Source of the DNA: a bacterium UBP8_UBA817
GTDB taxonomy: Bacteria; Margulisbacteria; Marinamargulisbacteria; SXXA01; SICP01
Direction: 5' to 3'
Length of the DNA stretch: 64,000 nt
Assembly (NCBI GenBank): GCA_945898045.1
Contig: CAMDGG010000003.1
Span: 10,529 to 74,528 of the forward strand
A program made the translations under genes and the position numbers. Numbering within the stretch: position 1 is the stretch's first letter; each line of letters opens with the position of its first letter. Below are positions 49,957-59,556 of this stretch, piece after piece. The notes below the pieces were generated by a model, which was not told the origin of the DNA, made no database searches, and saw nothing but the letters and a program-made list of their open reading frames with translations.

Positions 49957-50925
49957 ATGCAGAAAAAACTCATATCAGCGCCACATACAAATCACAAAAT
50001 TTTACATAAAAAACCTTCATTTGAAGCACAGTTATTTGACGTGATCGGTTACGCAGAAAGTATACAGAGCAGTGGTGTTTTTAATGCCAAAAGCGAACTA
50101 AGCCAGCTCTCACGTTGTTCCAAATTTAAGAAATTATCAAATGACCAACAATTCATACTCAAATTAGCATTAGATACGATAGAAAAACCACCGACAGATC
50201 TTAAGGCCGTATGCGAAAAAATAGGAACATTACCCTATTCGCTTTCTCGAGAAGAAGCGCAGCAAGTCCTGAATATTTTGATTAAGAAAGTAAGTTTGCC
50301 AAACACAGAAAATAATACGCTCGATCATGCAGAGATTTGCAAAGATCTTTTGTTTTCTGATCATGGAAAGCACCTAGAATTAACGGTGGAGACACTTGTG
50401 AAGCAACATCCCGAATGGATTTCCTCAAAAGATAACTTAGATAAATTTATTCAGGAAATTTTTAACGTGGTGAAACAAGATGAGAATGATGTGCATCATT
50501 TCCTGTTACCTCAAATACTTCCTCACGTATTCACAGCGTTACGGGATAGTGTTTCGACAGAGAACCTTCTGGAGGTCGTGCAAGAAAATATTAGGCAAAT
50601 TTTAAGTTCTACTGCAAAAGATAAGTTGCAACTTCTAAGGATTCTTTTCTCGGTCATTTTTGAATCCCCAGAACCAAAAAAGGAACTTTTTAAATCAACC
50701 TTAGAATTTATTTTAAACCATCAGGAAATCCCTCGCGAGGTTACCAAACAGGAGATTTTGAATCGTCTTCTTTCCTGTGATACAGAAAATAAGCAGCTTT
50801 CAAAAGAAGATAAATGGGCACTTTTCTACGACCCAAAACATATGCCGAAATTAGATTCTGAAAGTAGGGTTCAGCTTATTCAAACATATGGATTAAAAAA
50901 AATACCGGAAAGCCCCATTATCTGA
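49957..50925 (+). CDS. Hypothetical protein (no family recognised)
   Basis: 322 aa, helical and soluble-looking, with no signal peptide or recognisable motif. Confidence 0.4.
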   Translation: MQKKLISAPHTNHKILHKKPSFEAQLFDVIGYAESIQSSGVFNAKSELSQLSRCSKFKKLSNDQQFILKLALDTIEKPPTDLKAVCEKIGTLPYSLSREEAQQVLNILIKKVSLPNTENNTLDHAEICKDLLFSDHGKHLELTVETLVKQHPEWISSKDNLDKFIQEIFNVVKQDENDVHHFLLPQILPHVFTALRDSVSTENLLEVVQENIRQILSSTAKDKLQLLRILFSVIFESPEPKKELFKSTLEFILNHQEIPREVTKQEILNRLLSCDTENKQLSKEDKWALFYDPKHMPKLDSESRVQLIQTYGLKKIPESPII

Positions 50926-50977
50926 CCTCTATGAAATATGCTAAGATAAGCCTAAAAAACACCTTAAGGAGATACCC

Positions 50978-52039
50978 ATGTGGAAAGGGCTCGTAGAAGA
51001 ATATAAACCATACTTACCTGTAACAGAAACTACCCCAATCGTTACCCTCAATGAAGGCAATACACCGCTCATTAAATTAAAAAGACTTCCCGAAAAATTA
51101 GGCATACAGGCAGACTGGTATGTCAAATTTGAAGGGCTTAATCCAACAGGTTCCTTCAAAGACCGAGGCATGACCATGGCCATCACCAAAGCCAAAGAAG
51201 CCGGATCGAAAGCCGTCATGTGTGCGTCTACTGGCAACACCTCTGCATCTGCAGCTGCGTACGCCGCGCGCGCGGGCATGTCCTGTTGTGTGCTTATTCC
51301 AGACGGTAAAATTTCGCTCGGAAAACTATCCCAAGCCATGATGCATGGGGCCAAAGTGCTCCAAATAAAAGGTAACTTTGATGACGCACTCACGCTTGTC
51401 CGAACCATTACAAAAACAGCGCCTATTACGCTAGTAAACTCCGTCAATCCATACCGAATCGAAGGCCAAAAAACGGGCGCCTTTGAAATCGTCGATGCCT
51501 TGGGAGATGCCCCAGATTTTCATTTTATACCCGTAGGAAACGCCGGAAATATCACGGCTTATTGGAAAGGTTACACCGAATATGCAGCGCTAGGAAAAAG
51601 CACTAAAAAGCCAAAAATGATGGGATACCAAGCCGCAGGTTCAGCACCAATAGTTCTCGGAAAAATCATTCAAAATCCACAGACCATCGCAACCGCAATC
51701 CAAATCGGAAATCCTGCGAGTTGGCAAAATGCAGAAGCCGCTAAGACCGAATCGGGAGGTCTAATCGACAGTGTCACTGACGAAGAAATTACAGAAGCCC
51801 AACAATTGCTCGCTGCATACGAAGGGGTGTTTTGTGAGCCGGCATCAGCAGCATCGATCGCAGGGGTTATCAAATATCACCGGACACATCCTTTTAAAGA
51901 GGGCCAGGTGATCGTTTCGGTGCTTACTGGACATGGTCTAAAAGATCCGAATCGGGCCATCGAAATTTCTGCAAAACCAGAACTCGTAGACGGTACGGAG
52001 CAAGCGGTATTAAACGCATTATCGGCCTACATCAGATAG
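50978..52039 (+). CDS. thrC: Threonine synthase
   Basis: TPLIKL and the PLP-lysine motif [15 protein letters not shown] are present, with a full-length short-form ThrC-like sequence. Confidence 0.95.
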   Translation: MWKGLVEEYKPYLPVTETTPIVTLNEGNTPLIKLKRLPEKLGIQADWYVKFEGLNPTGSFKDRGMTMAITKAKEAGSKAVMCASTGNTSASAAAYAARAGMSCCVLIPDGKISLGKLSQAMMHGAKVLQIKGNFDDALTLVRTITKTAPITLVNSVNPYRIEGQKTGAFEIVDALGDAPDFHFIPVGNAGNITAYWKGYTEYAALGKSTKKPKMMGYQAAGSAPIVLGKIIQNPQTIATAIQIGNPASWQNAEAAKTESGGLIDSVTDEEITEAQQLLAAYEGVFCEPASAASIAGVIKYHRTHPFKEGQVIVSVLTGHGLKDPNRAIEISAKPELVDGTEQAVLNALSAYIR

Positions 52040-52040
52040 C

Positions 52041-55000
52041 GTGCACAAGCTGGGGCTACTTCTCAAATACATACTTGTAGCCTCTTTTGGTATCGTGACC
52101 TGTGCATCAGTTACAGGTTTTTTGGTGTATCAAACGGCCATTCCGCAGGCATTAATCAAACAGACGCTCGAAAAAGAATTTACAAAAACATTTGGGTGGA
52201 AGGTAACAATCGAATCTCTGTCTGGCAATCTTTTAACTGGTATTTCACTCGATAATATTAAGTTCGCAGACCATCCCAATTTTCCGCACAGCACTATTCT
52301 TACCATCGACCATGCCACGATTTACTACAATCCCATCAAAGCCCTAGTTCAAAAAAAAGGTGATTTTGCAGCCGCAACCTATTGGGTCCAATTAGAGAAT
52401 GTTCGACTCAATGCAATAAGAGATAAATCAGATCACTGGAATATCTTAGAGCTCATTCCAAAACCCCCGCCTGGGGCTAAAAATTTACCCCCTCAACCCC
52501 CTACTTTTGTTGGAAAAATTACTGCAAAAAATATGCAAGTATGGTTTACGGATGAGCTAGGGTGGTCCAAAGAAATACCGTTAAAAACCCCATTTAAAGA
52601 CAATCTGATATTTTCGCAAGGCACCATAGATTTCAATAAATTAGACGAAGTCGCGTACAAATTTATAGGCACACTATTAAGCAGTCGAAGGCCAACCGTT
52701 TTTAAAGGAAATTTTAGTGCGATCGATGGACAGTACGAACTCAATATTCGGTCTGGAATGGGGCTCAATCGATGGGGGGGGTATGTATTTCCACTCGACA
52801 AATTTTCAATTGAAGACGATACCGTCACCGTTGAAGGCACGGTTAAAAGTAAATTCCCATTTCCAAAAGCAGGCACGGTTCCTTTTTGGTACAATCTCTC
52901 GCTCACCAGTACAGACACTACCTTTAGGATGCCATTTTTCGATGAGCCAGCGAAACATATTAAAACCAAAGCCAAATTGATGCATGGCATCATACCCAAA
53001 GATGCGTTTTCTCTGTCCGTACCTAGTGGCAATACGCCAATCCATTCAGAAGAGATTTGGAAGCAATTAAAAAAGGCGGGCATCTTGGATAAAGACGGGC
53101 AAATGGTGACCTATATTAGTCCCGAAAATCCACTACTGTTATTACCCGATCGGTTACTTCCGTATAAAGCACAAATTAGAAATGTCCTGATCCATCCCCC
53201 CGTTATTTTTAGCCTACCAGATTTTTCCGCATCTTTTTATGGCGTACCGATTAAAGGGGAAGGGCGGTTTTTTCTAGATAAAGGCATTATGTCTATGTCT
53301 TTAAAGACAGACTCCTTTGAATTGGCTCGTCTCAAAAAAATGTTTGAAGGGATACAAACTTGGAAACTATCGGGAACAGGAAGTACCACGATGACCATTC
53401 ATGGCCCTACAAATGCGCCCATTGTTGATGGCATTTTGACCGCACCCAATGTCACACTTTATGCGCTAAAACCCACCCAAACCCAAAGCCAATATCGATT
53501 TGAAAATAAACGATTAACCTACCATCTCCTAAAAGGAAATTTATATGGGGGCATCCTGAATGGCGAGGGGGAAATTAATTTTAATAATCAGCCCGCCAAC
53601 TTGGGCATGACACTCACCTTGTTAGATATGGACACTCAAAAAACATTTCCAAAATCGTCCAAAATAATTACGGGGCATCTGGATCTTACAACACAAATTA
53701 CAGGCAATGTGGATACCTTTACGGCAACAACGTTAGTACATCCAAAAGCACTTCGCATCATGAATCAAACAGTCTCAAAAGCATTTGCACACTATACCGT
53801 GCTCCATAAAAACCAAATTCAACTACACAATATGTCTCTTTATCTAAACGAAAGTAGCGCACCGATTATACTCACTGGTGAGATACAGGATCTTGAAAAG
53901 GTGAAGTTGCACTATGCGGGACAAGGTACGATTTTCAACAGCCTATTAGATGCCAAAAAAAAACCTGGAGTCTTGGATATATCAGGCGATTACTCAGCCC
54001 TACTCAATACCAATTTCTGGCAAAATCCAGACCAGGAAAGCCGTACAACTGCAGACATTATTTTGCACAACTATCCACTCTACGATAAAGCGTATGAACA
54101 GGTTGCTATGAACGTCAGCTATCAGCCGCATCGGGTATCAATTTGGAGGTTTTTGGCCAAAAATAAAGCCGAAGAAATTCACCTCTCTGGAACCCTTGAA
54201 GATAAATTCCCTAAAGATCTGAAGCTTTCTTTGATCTCTGTAGAAATACCAACGCATTCTGTGATACAGCGATACTTTCCGGCCGTCATAAAGCCGTTAA
54301 CAGGATTGATCACGACCGATTTAGAGATTCAAAAAAACAACAAAATAAAGACCCCGACCTTAAATCCTATCGCCTATAACATCAAAGGCAGCCTCTCTAT
54401 CCAAGAAGGCCTACTCCAAAATCAGCCCTTCGATCTTATCTCAGCATCATTTCAATGGAATGGAGATCAACTCACTATAGGCCGCGCCCAATACCACCAT
54501 CAGAGTTCAGATATTTTCTTGACGGGACTAGTAAATGCCAAAAAACAATTGGATCTGACGGTCGCTGAGGGGACTTTCATTGATCTCAAAGACTTCCAAA
54601 TTTTGACATCTCCCTTAGGTAGATTGGCGGGCCAATGGAAAGTGCGAGGAAAAATTAAAGGCGATATCTCAGATCCGGCAATCAATGTCTGGATAAAGGG
54701 TGAAAACGTTAAAAGCAATTTCTTGTCTCTAGATCAAATAGAAGGACAACTAGATTGGGCCCAAAACCGTCTTGGATTAGGGACGATCAAAATGAAGTAT
54801 AAAGACAGTGATTACACATTGTCAGGCATTTTAGATTTAGCGCCAGTCATGAAAGACAGAGCCTTATGGAAACAGATTGGATATGATCTAGAATTAAACG
54901 TAGGGAAATCTAATATCAATGATATTTCCGAATTTTTACAACAGATTAATCAGGAAGTTAAATTGCGGTTTTTTCAAAAAGCATCTGGTGGCGAGAAAAT

Positions 55001-57257
55001 TGCAAATGCCAACGCACAAATCGGAAAGCCCTCCTATCAATACCGACTAGAAAACAACTATCGTACGGGAAAGGAAGTGAGGCTTTATACCGTAGCCAAT
55101 GCGCAGACCGCACTCGGTTTTTTTGAAGAAGTAGAACGAAATCAAAACTTCTTAGAAAAGACAGAAGAATTGGGTCTCGGTCACGTACTCGGCGGCAGCC
55201 TAACTGCTGTTATTAAGGCCAAGTCTAGAGCGACTCAAAACCCATTGATCGAAGCGACTCTTCAGGCGATCAATGCACAGGTTTCATTTGTAACTGCAAA
55301 GAAAATCACGCTCACATTACATACAGATAATGACACCATTCAATATGCGATAGAAGTGGATCAAGGGTCTGTAGGGGCAGAGATATTTAAATCGCTTCGT
55401 AGTAAAGGAAGTTATGGAGATGATGGAAATCTCCGGATTAATAATACAGAGATCGTCACGGCGTTAAAAACAAATCCAGATGTATTAAAAGGCTGGATAC
55501 CCATTAGTGCATATTGGGATGCCAGCTCTAAAAATAAACCCATGCATTTAGAAACAACGCTTGTAGATAACGATATTGCCATTTTGTCAATTTTCAACAA
55601 GAACATTAAATCCATAACCAATGTAGGGAAAGTCGTTTTAACATTAGATGGCCCACTTGAAGAACCTGTGCTCAATAGCCAATCTTTACGCTTAAAAAAC
55701 ATGCAGCTTTTCCTTGCAGATAGCGCTGTTTTTGATAAACCCTTCCTGATTACCTCTGATGCCATTTCTATTCAAAAAAACAAAATTCTAATTCCAAAAA
55801 CAAAAATTCTCTGGCAACGCCGAGATGATACATCTCGATATAATACATTTGGCGTGAATGGCGACATTACTATTCGAGACCTTAATTTACTCACACCAAA
55901 AACTGTTATTTTAGACCTAAATCTTGCGCTAGAAGACACGCTTCTGGACTTGGATTTACCTGCGATTTATCGTGGAAAAGCAAAATTGGGTGGTATCAGA
56001 TTAAGTGGTTCGTATTATTTGCCTCTCGGACAAGCAGATAAACTAAAAGCCGAAAGCAATTTGTATACAGAGAAAGAAGCCGGTCCGCTTTTAGCTGGAA
56101 ATATTACCCTATCTAACGGGTACATTATTTTGCCAACTCTAGGTGAGAAAGTAGTAAAGCCTTCTTATCGTCTCAATATTGCGGCAGATATTGGAGAAGA
56201 AATGACCCTGGCGGGAGGATTGTTAGGCGAAGGATTTATTGCAGGACTCGCCAACAGCGTATCGGTAGAAATTAATAAAACAAAAGAGCCTTTGTATATC
56301 ACAGGCACGCTCAATGCCCCCAAAATTCAAAATAAAATCTTTCTAAACGAAGGGAGTATTACCCTTTTAAACAGATCATTTATCGTGATCAATGAAGACC
56401 GTCAGCGCATGTTCTACAAAGAAAACCAATATAAAATTCATGCAAACACCCTATCGTTTCAAACGAAAACACAAGAAAACGGAAAGCAATCTTTGATTCC
56501 CCGGCTCAATATCACTGCGTATTCTATGGTAGAAAAACCAGGTATTTTAGCAACGACCAACATTTCTTTGGCAGATCCAGACCAATACAAAGCCGTTCTG
56601 ATTTCCATGGACGGATCTATTTATGATTTGGACACACTCACCTTCGAAAAATATAAGTCCACCCGAAGCAATCCTCTTTCAGCAAATGATGTGGAGTATG
56701 AAAATACCTATCGCCTCGGAAAACAAGGCGTGGCCAATAACCAAGATACCTATCAAGTATTCAGCTTACTCATGCCAGACCTTATAAACTCAAATTTCAC
56801 CCAAAATACGCCAGGGGAAGATCAAACAAAACGTCTCATCAATGTCGTTGGTGAAAATCAAATTAACTCCGTCGTACGCCAAAAGGTACTTCGTCCAGTC
56901 GAGCTCCAACTCGCACGCAATATCGGACTTTACGACTTGCGCGTCGATTACAACGTCGGACATGCCGTCTTAAAATCAGCGTCAGATACCAACCGATACA
57001 CAGGGCTTGGTCAAGACGAAAATGTATTGGGTGTTAATTTTATGAAACAATTAATTTCAGATAAACTCTTCCTAAGAGTTAAGACAGACTTAGATCTCAA
57101 ATTAGAAGGCAATTTCTTGCAAACGTTATCCGTATCAGAAGTAGAGCTGCGTTACTATTTGATGAATAACTTTTCTATGACATTCTCCAATATTCGACAA
57201 GCCAGTGATTCGACTCCCCGTCCTAGATTCTCCCTGAGATATAGCTATGAATATTAA
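52041..57257 (+). CDS. TamB-like translocation-and-assembly-module protein (AsmA-like, DUF490-type C-terminus)
   Basis: 1738 aa with an N-terminal signal-anchor (ILVASFGIVTCASVTGFLVY), a long beta-rich repetitive body and a C-terminus ...EVELRYYLMNNFSMTFS...RFSLRYSYEY resembling the TamB DUF490 end. GTG start 1 nt after the thrC stop. Confidence 0.7.
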   Translation: MHKLGLLLKYILVASFGIVTCASVTGFLVYQTAIPQALIKQTLEKEFTKTFGWKVTIESLSGNLLTGISLDNIKFADHPNFPHSTILTIDHATIYYNPIKALVQKKGDFAAATYWVQLENVRLNAIRDKSDHWNILELIPKPPPGAKNLPPQPPTFVGKITAKNMQVWFTDELGWSKEIPLKTPFKDNLIFSQGTIDFNKLDEVAYKFIGTLLSSRRPTVFKGNFSAIDGQYELNIRSGMGLNRWGGYVFPLDKFSIEDDTVTVEGTVKSKFPFPKAGTVPFWYNLSLTSTDTTFRMPFFDEPAKHIKTKAKLMHGIIPKDAFSLSVPSGNTPIHSEEIWKQLKKAGILDKDGQMVTYISPENPLLLLPDRLLPYKAQIRNVLIHPPVIFSLPDFSASFYGVPIKGEGRFFLDKGIMSMSLKTDSFELARLKKMFEGIQTWKLSGTGSTTMTIHGPTNAPIVDGILTAPNVTLYALKPTQTQSQYRFENKRLTYHLLKGNLYGGILNGEGEINFNNQPANLGMTLTLLDMDTQKTFPKSSKIITGHLDLTTQITGNVDTFTATTLVHPKALRIMNQTVSKAFAHYTVLHKNQIQLHNMSLYLNESSAPIILTGEIQDLEKVKLHYAGQGTIFNSLLDAKKKPGVLDISGDYSALLNTNFWQNPDQESRTTADIILHNYPLYDKAYEQVAMNVSYQPHRVSIWRFLAKNKAEEIHLSGTLEDKFPKDLKLSLISVEIPTHSVIQRYFPAVIKPLTGLITTDLEIQKNNKIKTPTLNPIAYNIKGSLSIQEGLLQNQPFDLISASFQWNGDQLTIGRAQYHHQSSDIFLTGLVNAKKQLDLTVAEGTFIDLKDFQILTSPLGRLAGQWKVRGKIKGDISDPAINVWIKGENVKSNFLSLDQIEGQLDWAQNRLGLGTIKMKYKDSDYTLSGILDLAPVMKDRALWKQIGYDLELNVGKSNINDISEFLQQINQEVKLRFFQKASGGEKIANANAQIGKPSYQYRLENNYRTGKEVRLYTVANAQTALGFFEEVERNQNFLEKTEELGLGHVLGGSLTAVIKAKSRATQNPLIEATLQAINAQVSFVTAKKITLTLHTDNDTIQYAIEVDQGSVGAEIFKSLRSKGSYGDDGNLRINNTEIVTALKTNPDVLKGWIPISAYWDASSKNKPMHLETTLVDNDIAILSIFNKNIKSITNVGKVVLTLDGPLEEPVLNSQSLRLKNMQLFLADSAVFDKPFLITSDAISIQKNKILIPKTKILWQRRDDTSRYNTFGVNGDITIRDLNLLTPKTVILDLNLALEDTLLDLDLPAIYRGKAKLGGIRLSGSYYLPLGQADKLKAESNLYTEKEAGPLLAGNITLSNGYIILPTLGEKVVKPSYRLNIAADIGEEMTLAGGLLGEGFIAGLANSVSVEINKTKEPLYITGTLNAPKIQNKIFLNEGSITLLNRSFIVINEDRQRMFYKENQYKIHANTLSFQTKTQENGKQSLIPRLNITAYSMVEKPGILATTNISLADPDQYKAVLISMDGSIYDLDTLTFEKYKSTRSNPLSANDVEYENTYRLGKQGVANNQDTYQVFSLLMPDLINSNFTQNTPGEDQTKRLINVVGENQINSVVRQKVLRPVELQLARNIGLYDLRVDYNVGHAVLKSASDTNRYTGLGQDENVLGVNFMKQLISDKLFLRVKTDLDLKLEGNFLQTLSVSEVELRYYLMNNFSMTFSNIRQASDSTPRPRFSLRYSYEY

Positions 57258-58971
57258 AAAAATAAGCCTGGCTTTTCTCATGATCCAAGTGTGCCTAGCC
57301 ACCACTATATACGCCCAAACCATTGACTTCACCCACCAAATTAAATCTATCCAACTCACAGGAACCACACTTCCAAGCAGAAATATCTATCTCAAATCAC
57401 TCTCCAATAAAGTGGGTAATCACGTCATTCAAGAAGACCTACAGAAAGATATCAATTACCTGTACTTACTTGGATATTTTCAAACCGTAGAAGCAAGAAC
57501 CGATCTATTAGGAAATGGGATTATCTTAGAATTTAGAGTCACTGAAAACCCTGTGATCGAAGAAATTATTGTTACAGGAAATAAAGTGCTTAGTTCAGAA
57601 AGTATCAAAAGTGGACTCACTACAAAATCTGGTGCCATTTTGAACTTTAAAGCGGTACAAGACGATATCGACGCATTGCATGCGCGTTACGTTAGGCAAG
57701 GTTACGAACTGGCACGTGTATCGAATACGCTCTTAGATGGAAATAGCTTGCGTATCGAAATTTCAGAAGGAAAAATGGGGGGCGTGAAATGGGAAGGCCT
57801 CAAAAAAATTCGCCCCTTTGTTCTTGAAAGAGAAATGAAAAGCCGGGAGGGATCACCCTTTAACTCACAATTTCTCAGACAAGATCGTGATAAGCTTCTC
57901 AGATTAGGCTATTTTGCAGAAATTTCCCCACCCTTACTCCAAGAGAACCCCGAAAGCCATGCCGTCAACGCAACCTTTTTAGTAACCGAAAAAAACGTCA
58001 ATCGTATCGATACCGGCCTAGAGCTCGATACCAGAGCCAATCTCGTCCTAGCCTTTTTTAAAGGAGACCTAAATCATGCGTTTATGCAGAGTGACTTATT
58101 AAGTAGTAAGCTGCAATTAAACCTGCAAAAATTAAGTTTTGATGTAAGAAGTTATTCCGTTCATTACTCGCAACCATGGATCTTAAATCGCTACAATATT
58201 TCATTCGATACCGATATATGGCTCAGCCTTCAGGATGAACGAACGTCCGATCCTTTAAACCGTTCATTTATTAATAACCGACGGTTAGGAGGCGATGCCA
58301 TTTTTGGATTTCCAATTATCCAAGATGAGCTTAAATTTTCAACACGCTTTAAAGTGGAAAAATTATCATTAACAGACCCTAGTAGCGCATCTAATATCCA
58401 AGCCTATTCAGTTCAATCTATTTCAGGTATTTTGAGCTATTCCTCTCTAGATAATCGGGCCAATCCAAGAAGTGGTAGCTATTGGACTGTAGAATTAGAG
58501 CGAGGCAATGATTGGGGATTTACTAATGTCCAAGCGCTTAAATTTACACGCTTAAGTTTAAACAGTGCTATTTTTCATAGTCTTTCTCCAAAATCTGTAG
58601 TGGGATTACACTTTTTCACAGGTGTGTTTAAACCCGATATTCAGGAATCCTATGTGACATTTGAAAGAGAAATCTTTGAACTGGGGGGCGCAGCAAATTT
58701 GCGGGGCTATAAAGAGACCAATCCCTTTCTAGGCGCAAGAGAACTTTTGATTAATGCAGAATATAGATATGATTTAACAGACGGCATACAGGGCGTTTTA
58801 TTTTGGGATATCGGGAAAACGTTTAATAGTGGGAACGGGCTTAATTTGGACGACATACACCAAGGTTATGGAGTCGGTTTACGCTTCTCAAGCCCCATCG
58901 GACCACTACGATTCGATGTTGCGCAGGGGGATGATCTCATTATTCACTTCAGCCTCGGACAACTTTTCTAG
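57247..58971 (+). CDS. Omp85-family outer-membrane protein (BamA/TamA-like, three POTRA domains)
   Basis: It has a signal peptide and three POTRA-like units (for example VIEEIIVTGNKVLSSESIKSGLTTKSGAILNFKAVQDDIDALHARYVRQGYELARV). A beta-barrel follows, ending GVGLRFSSPIGPLRFDVAQ...HFSLGQLF with a terminal Phe. It overlaps the tamB-like gene by 11 nt. Confidence 0.85.
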   Translation: MNIKKISLAFLMIQVCLATTIYAQTIDFTHQIKSIQLTGTTLPSRNIYLKSLSNKVGNHVIQEDLQKDINYLYLLGYFQTVEARTDLLGNGIILEFRVTENPVIEEIIVTGNKVLSSESIKSGLTTKSGAILNFKAVQDDIDALHARYVRQGYELARVSNTLLDGNSLRIEISEGKMGGVKWEGLKKIRPFVLEREMKSREGSPFNSQFLRQDRDKLLRLGYFAEISPPLLQENPESHAVNATFLVTEKNVNRIDTGLELDTRANLVLAFFKGDLNHAFMQSDLLSSKLQLNLQKLSFDVRSYSVHYSQPWILNRYNISFDTDIWLSLQDERTSDPLNRSFINNRRLGGDAIFGFPIIQDELKFSTRFKVEKLSLTDPSSASNIQAYSVQSISGILSYSSLDNRANPRSGSYWTVELERGNDWGFTNVQALKFTRLSLNSAIFHSLSPKSVVGLHFFTGVFKPDIQESYVTFEREIFELGGAANLRGYKETNPFLGARELLINAEYRYDLTDGIQGVLFWDIGKTFNSGNGLNLDDIHQGYGVGLRFSSPIGPLRFDVAQGDDLIIHFSLGQLF

Positions 58972-59015
58972 GGGGGGAGGGGCGCCGTAAGACACCCCAA
59001 AGGTTACCGAGCTTT

Positions 59016-59336
59016 TTAGACGCGAGGTGCTGGGGTTACAGGTGGGTTTGGTTTAGAATAGCCTTCCAATAATTGAATTTGCAATTGATGTAGGGCATAA
59101 AGAGGATCACTTGAATCTGATTTCTCAGGTCGATATGTTTTGAGAGGCTCAGGTGTAGGTGCAACCTCTTTTACAGATTCTTCATCACCCCAAGCCGATT
59201 CAATATGGCCTGAAATATCATTAAGTAAATTGTGAAACTGATCAGGATCTTCATCATTATTAATAGATGAAGATTTCTTAGCTTCACCTGAAATTCCAAA
59301 ACTTCCCGATATATTAATGCGTTCCATGATTTTCAC
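59016..59336 (-). CDS. Hypothetical small acidic / proline-rich protein
   Basis: 106 aa with no recognisable family. The coding call rests only on ORF length and the lack of a competing gene. Confidence 0.3.
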   Translation of the reverse strand: MKIMERINISGSFGISGEAKKSSSINNDEDPDQFHNLLNDISGHIESAWGDEESVKEVAPTPEPLKTYRPEKSDSSDPLYALHQLQIQLLEGYSKPNPPVTPAPRV

Positions 59337-59456
59337 CCCTTTTTTAATTAGATTTTTAAATGTATATGTACAGAAACGAAAAATTGGCCAAATAAAATGT
59401 ATCTATATTTCTTGATTCATTAATTCATCAAAGCAGGTTAAACTATATCTCGATAT

Positions 59457-59533
59457 GTCCTCGTAGCTCAGTTGGATAGAGCGCCGGATTCCTAATCCCG
59501 AGGCCGTGGGTTCAATTCCCGCCGAGGACACCA
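59457..59533 (+). tRNA. tRNA-Arg (anticodon CCT), CCA encoded
   Basis: Hand fold: GTCCTCG-TA-GCTC-AGTTGGATA-GAGC-G-CCGGA-TTCCTAA-TCCCG-AGGCC-GTGGG-TTCAATT-CCCGC-CGAGGAC-A-CCA. There is one C:C mismatch in the anticodon stem. Confidence 0.9.
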
Positions 59534-59556
59534 GTTTTACTCAAAAAGGAAAAATC

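Noticed and set aside
50941-51447. A 168-aa ORF lies antisense to thrC.
   Set aside because: thrC on the plus strand has unmistakable motifs (SFKDRG). The antisense product has no recognisable features.
52493-53083. A 196-aa ORF lies antisense within the tamB-like gene. Other internal or antisense ORFs are listed at 52130, 52717, 52806, 54500, 55412 and 57135.
   Set aside because: They are nested in a 5.2-kb continuous ORF with a plausible N-terminal anchor and a TamB-like C-terminus. None has independent support.
59506-59556. The ORF-track start of the exonuclease gene (GTG 59506) lies inside tRNA-Arg.
   Set aside because: The first 17 residues are read from the tRNA T-arm, acceptor stem and CCA. 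ATG 59557 with AAAGGA upstream gives the conserved FVFYDFETS Exo I motif near the N-terminus.
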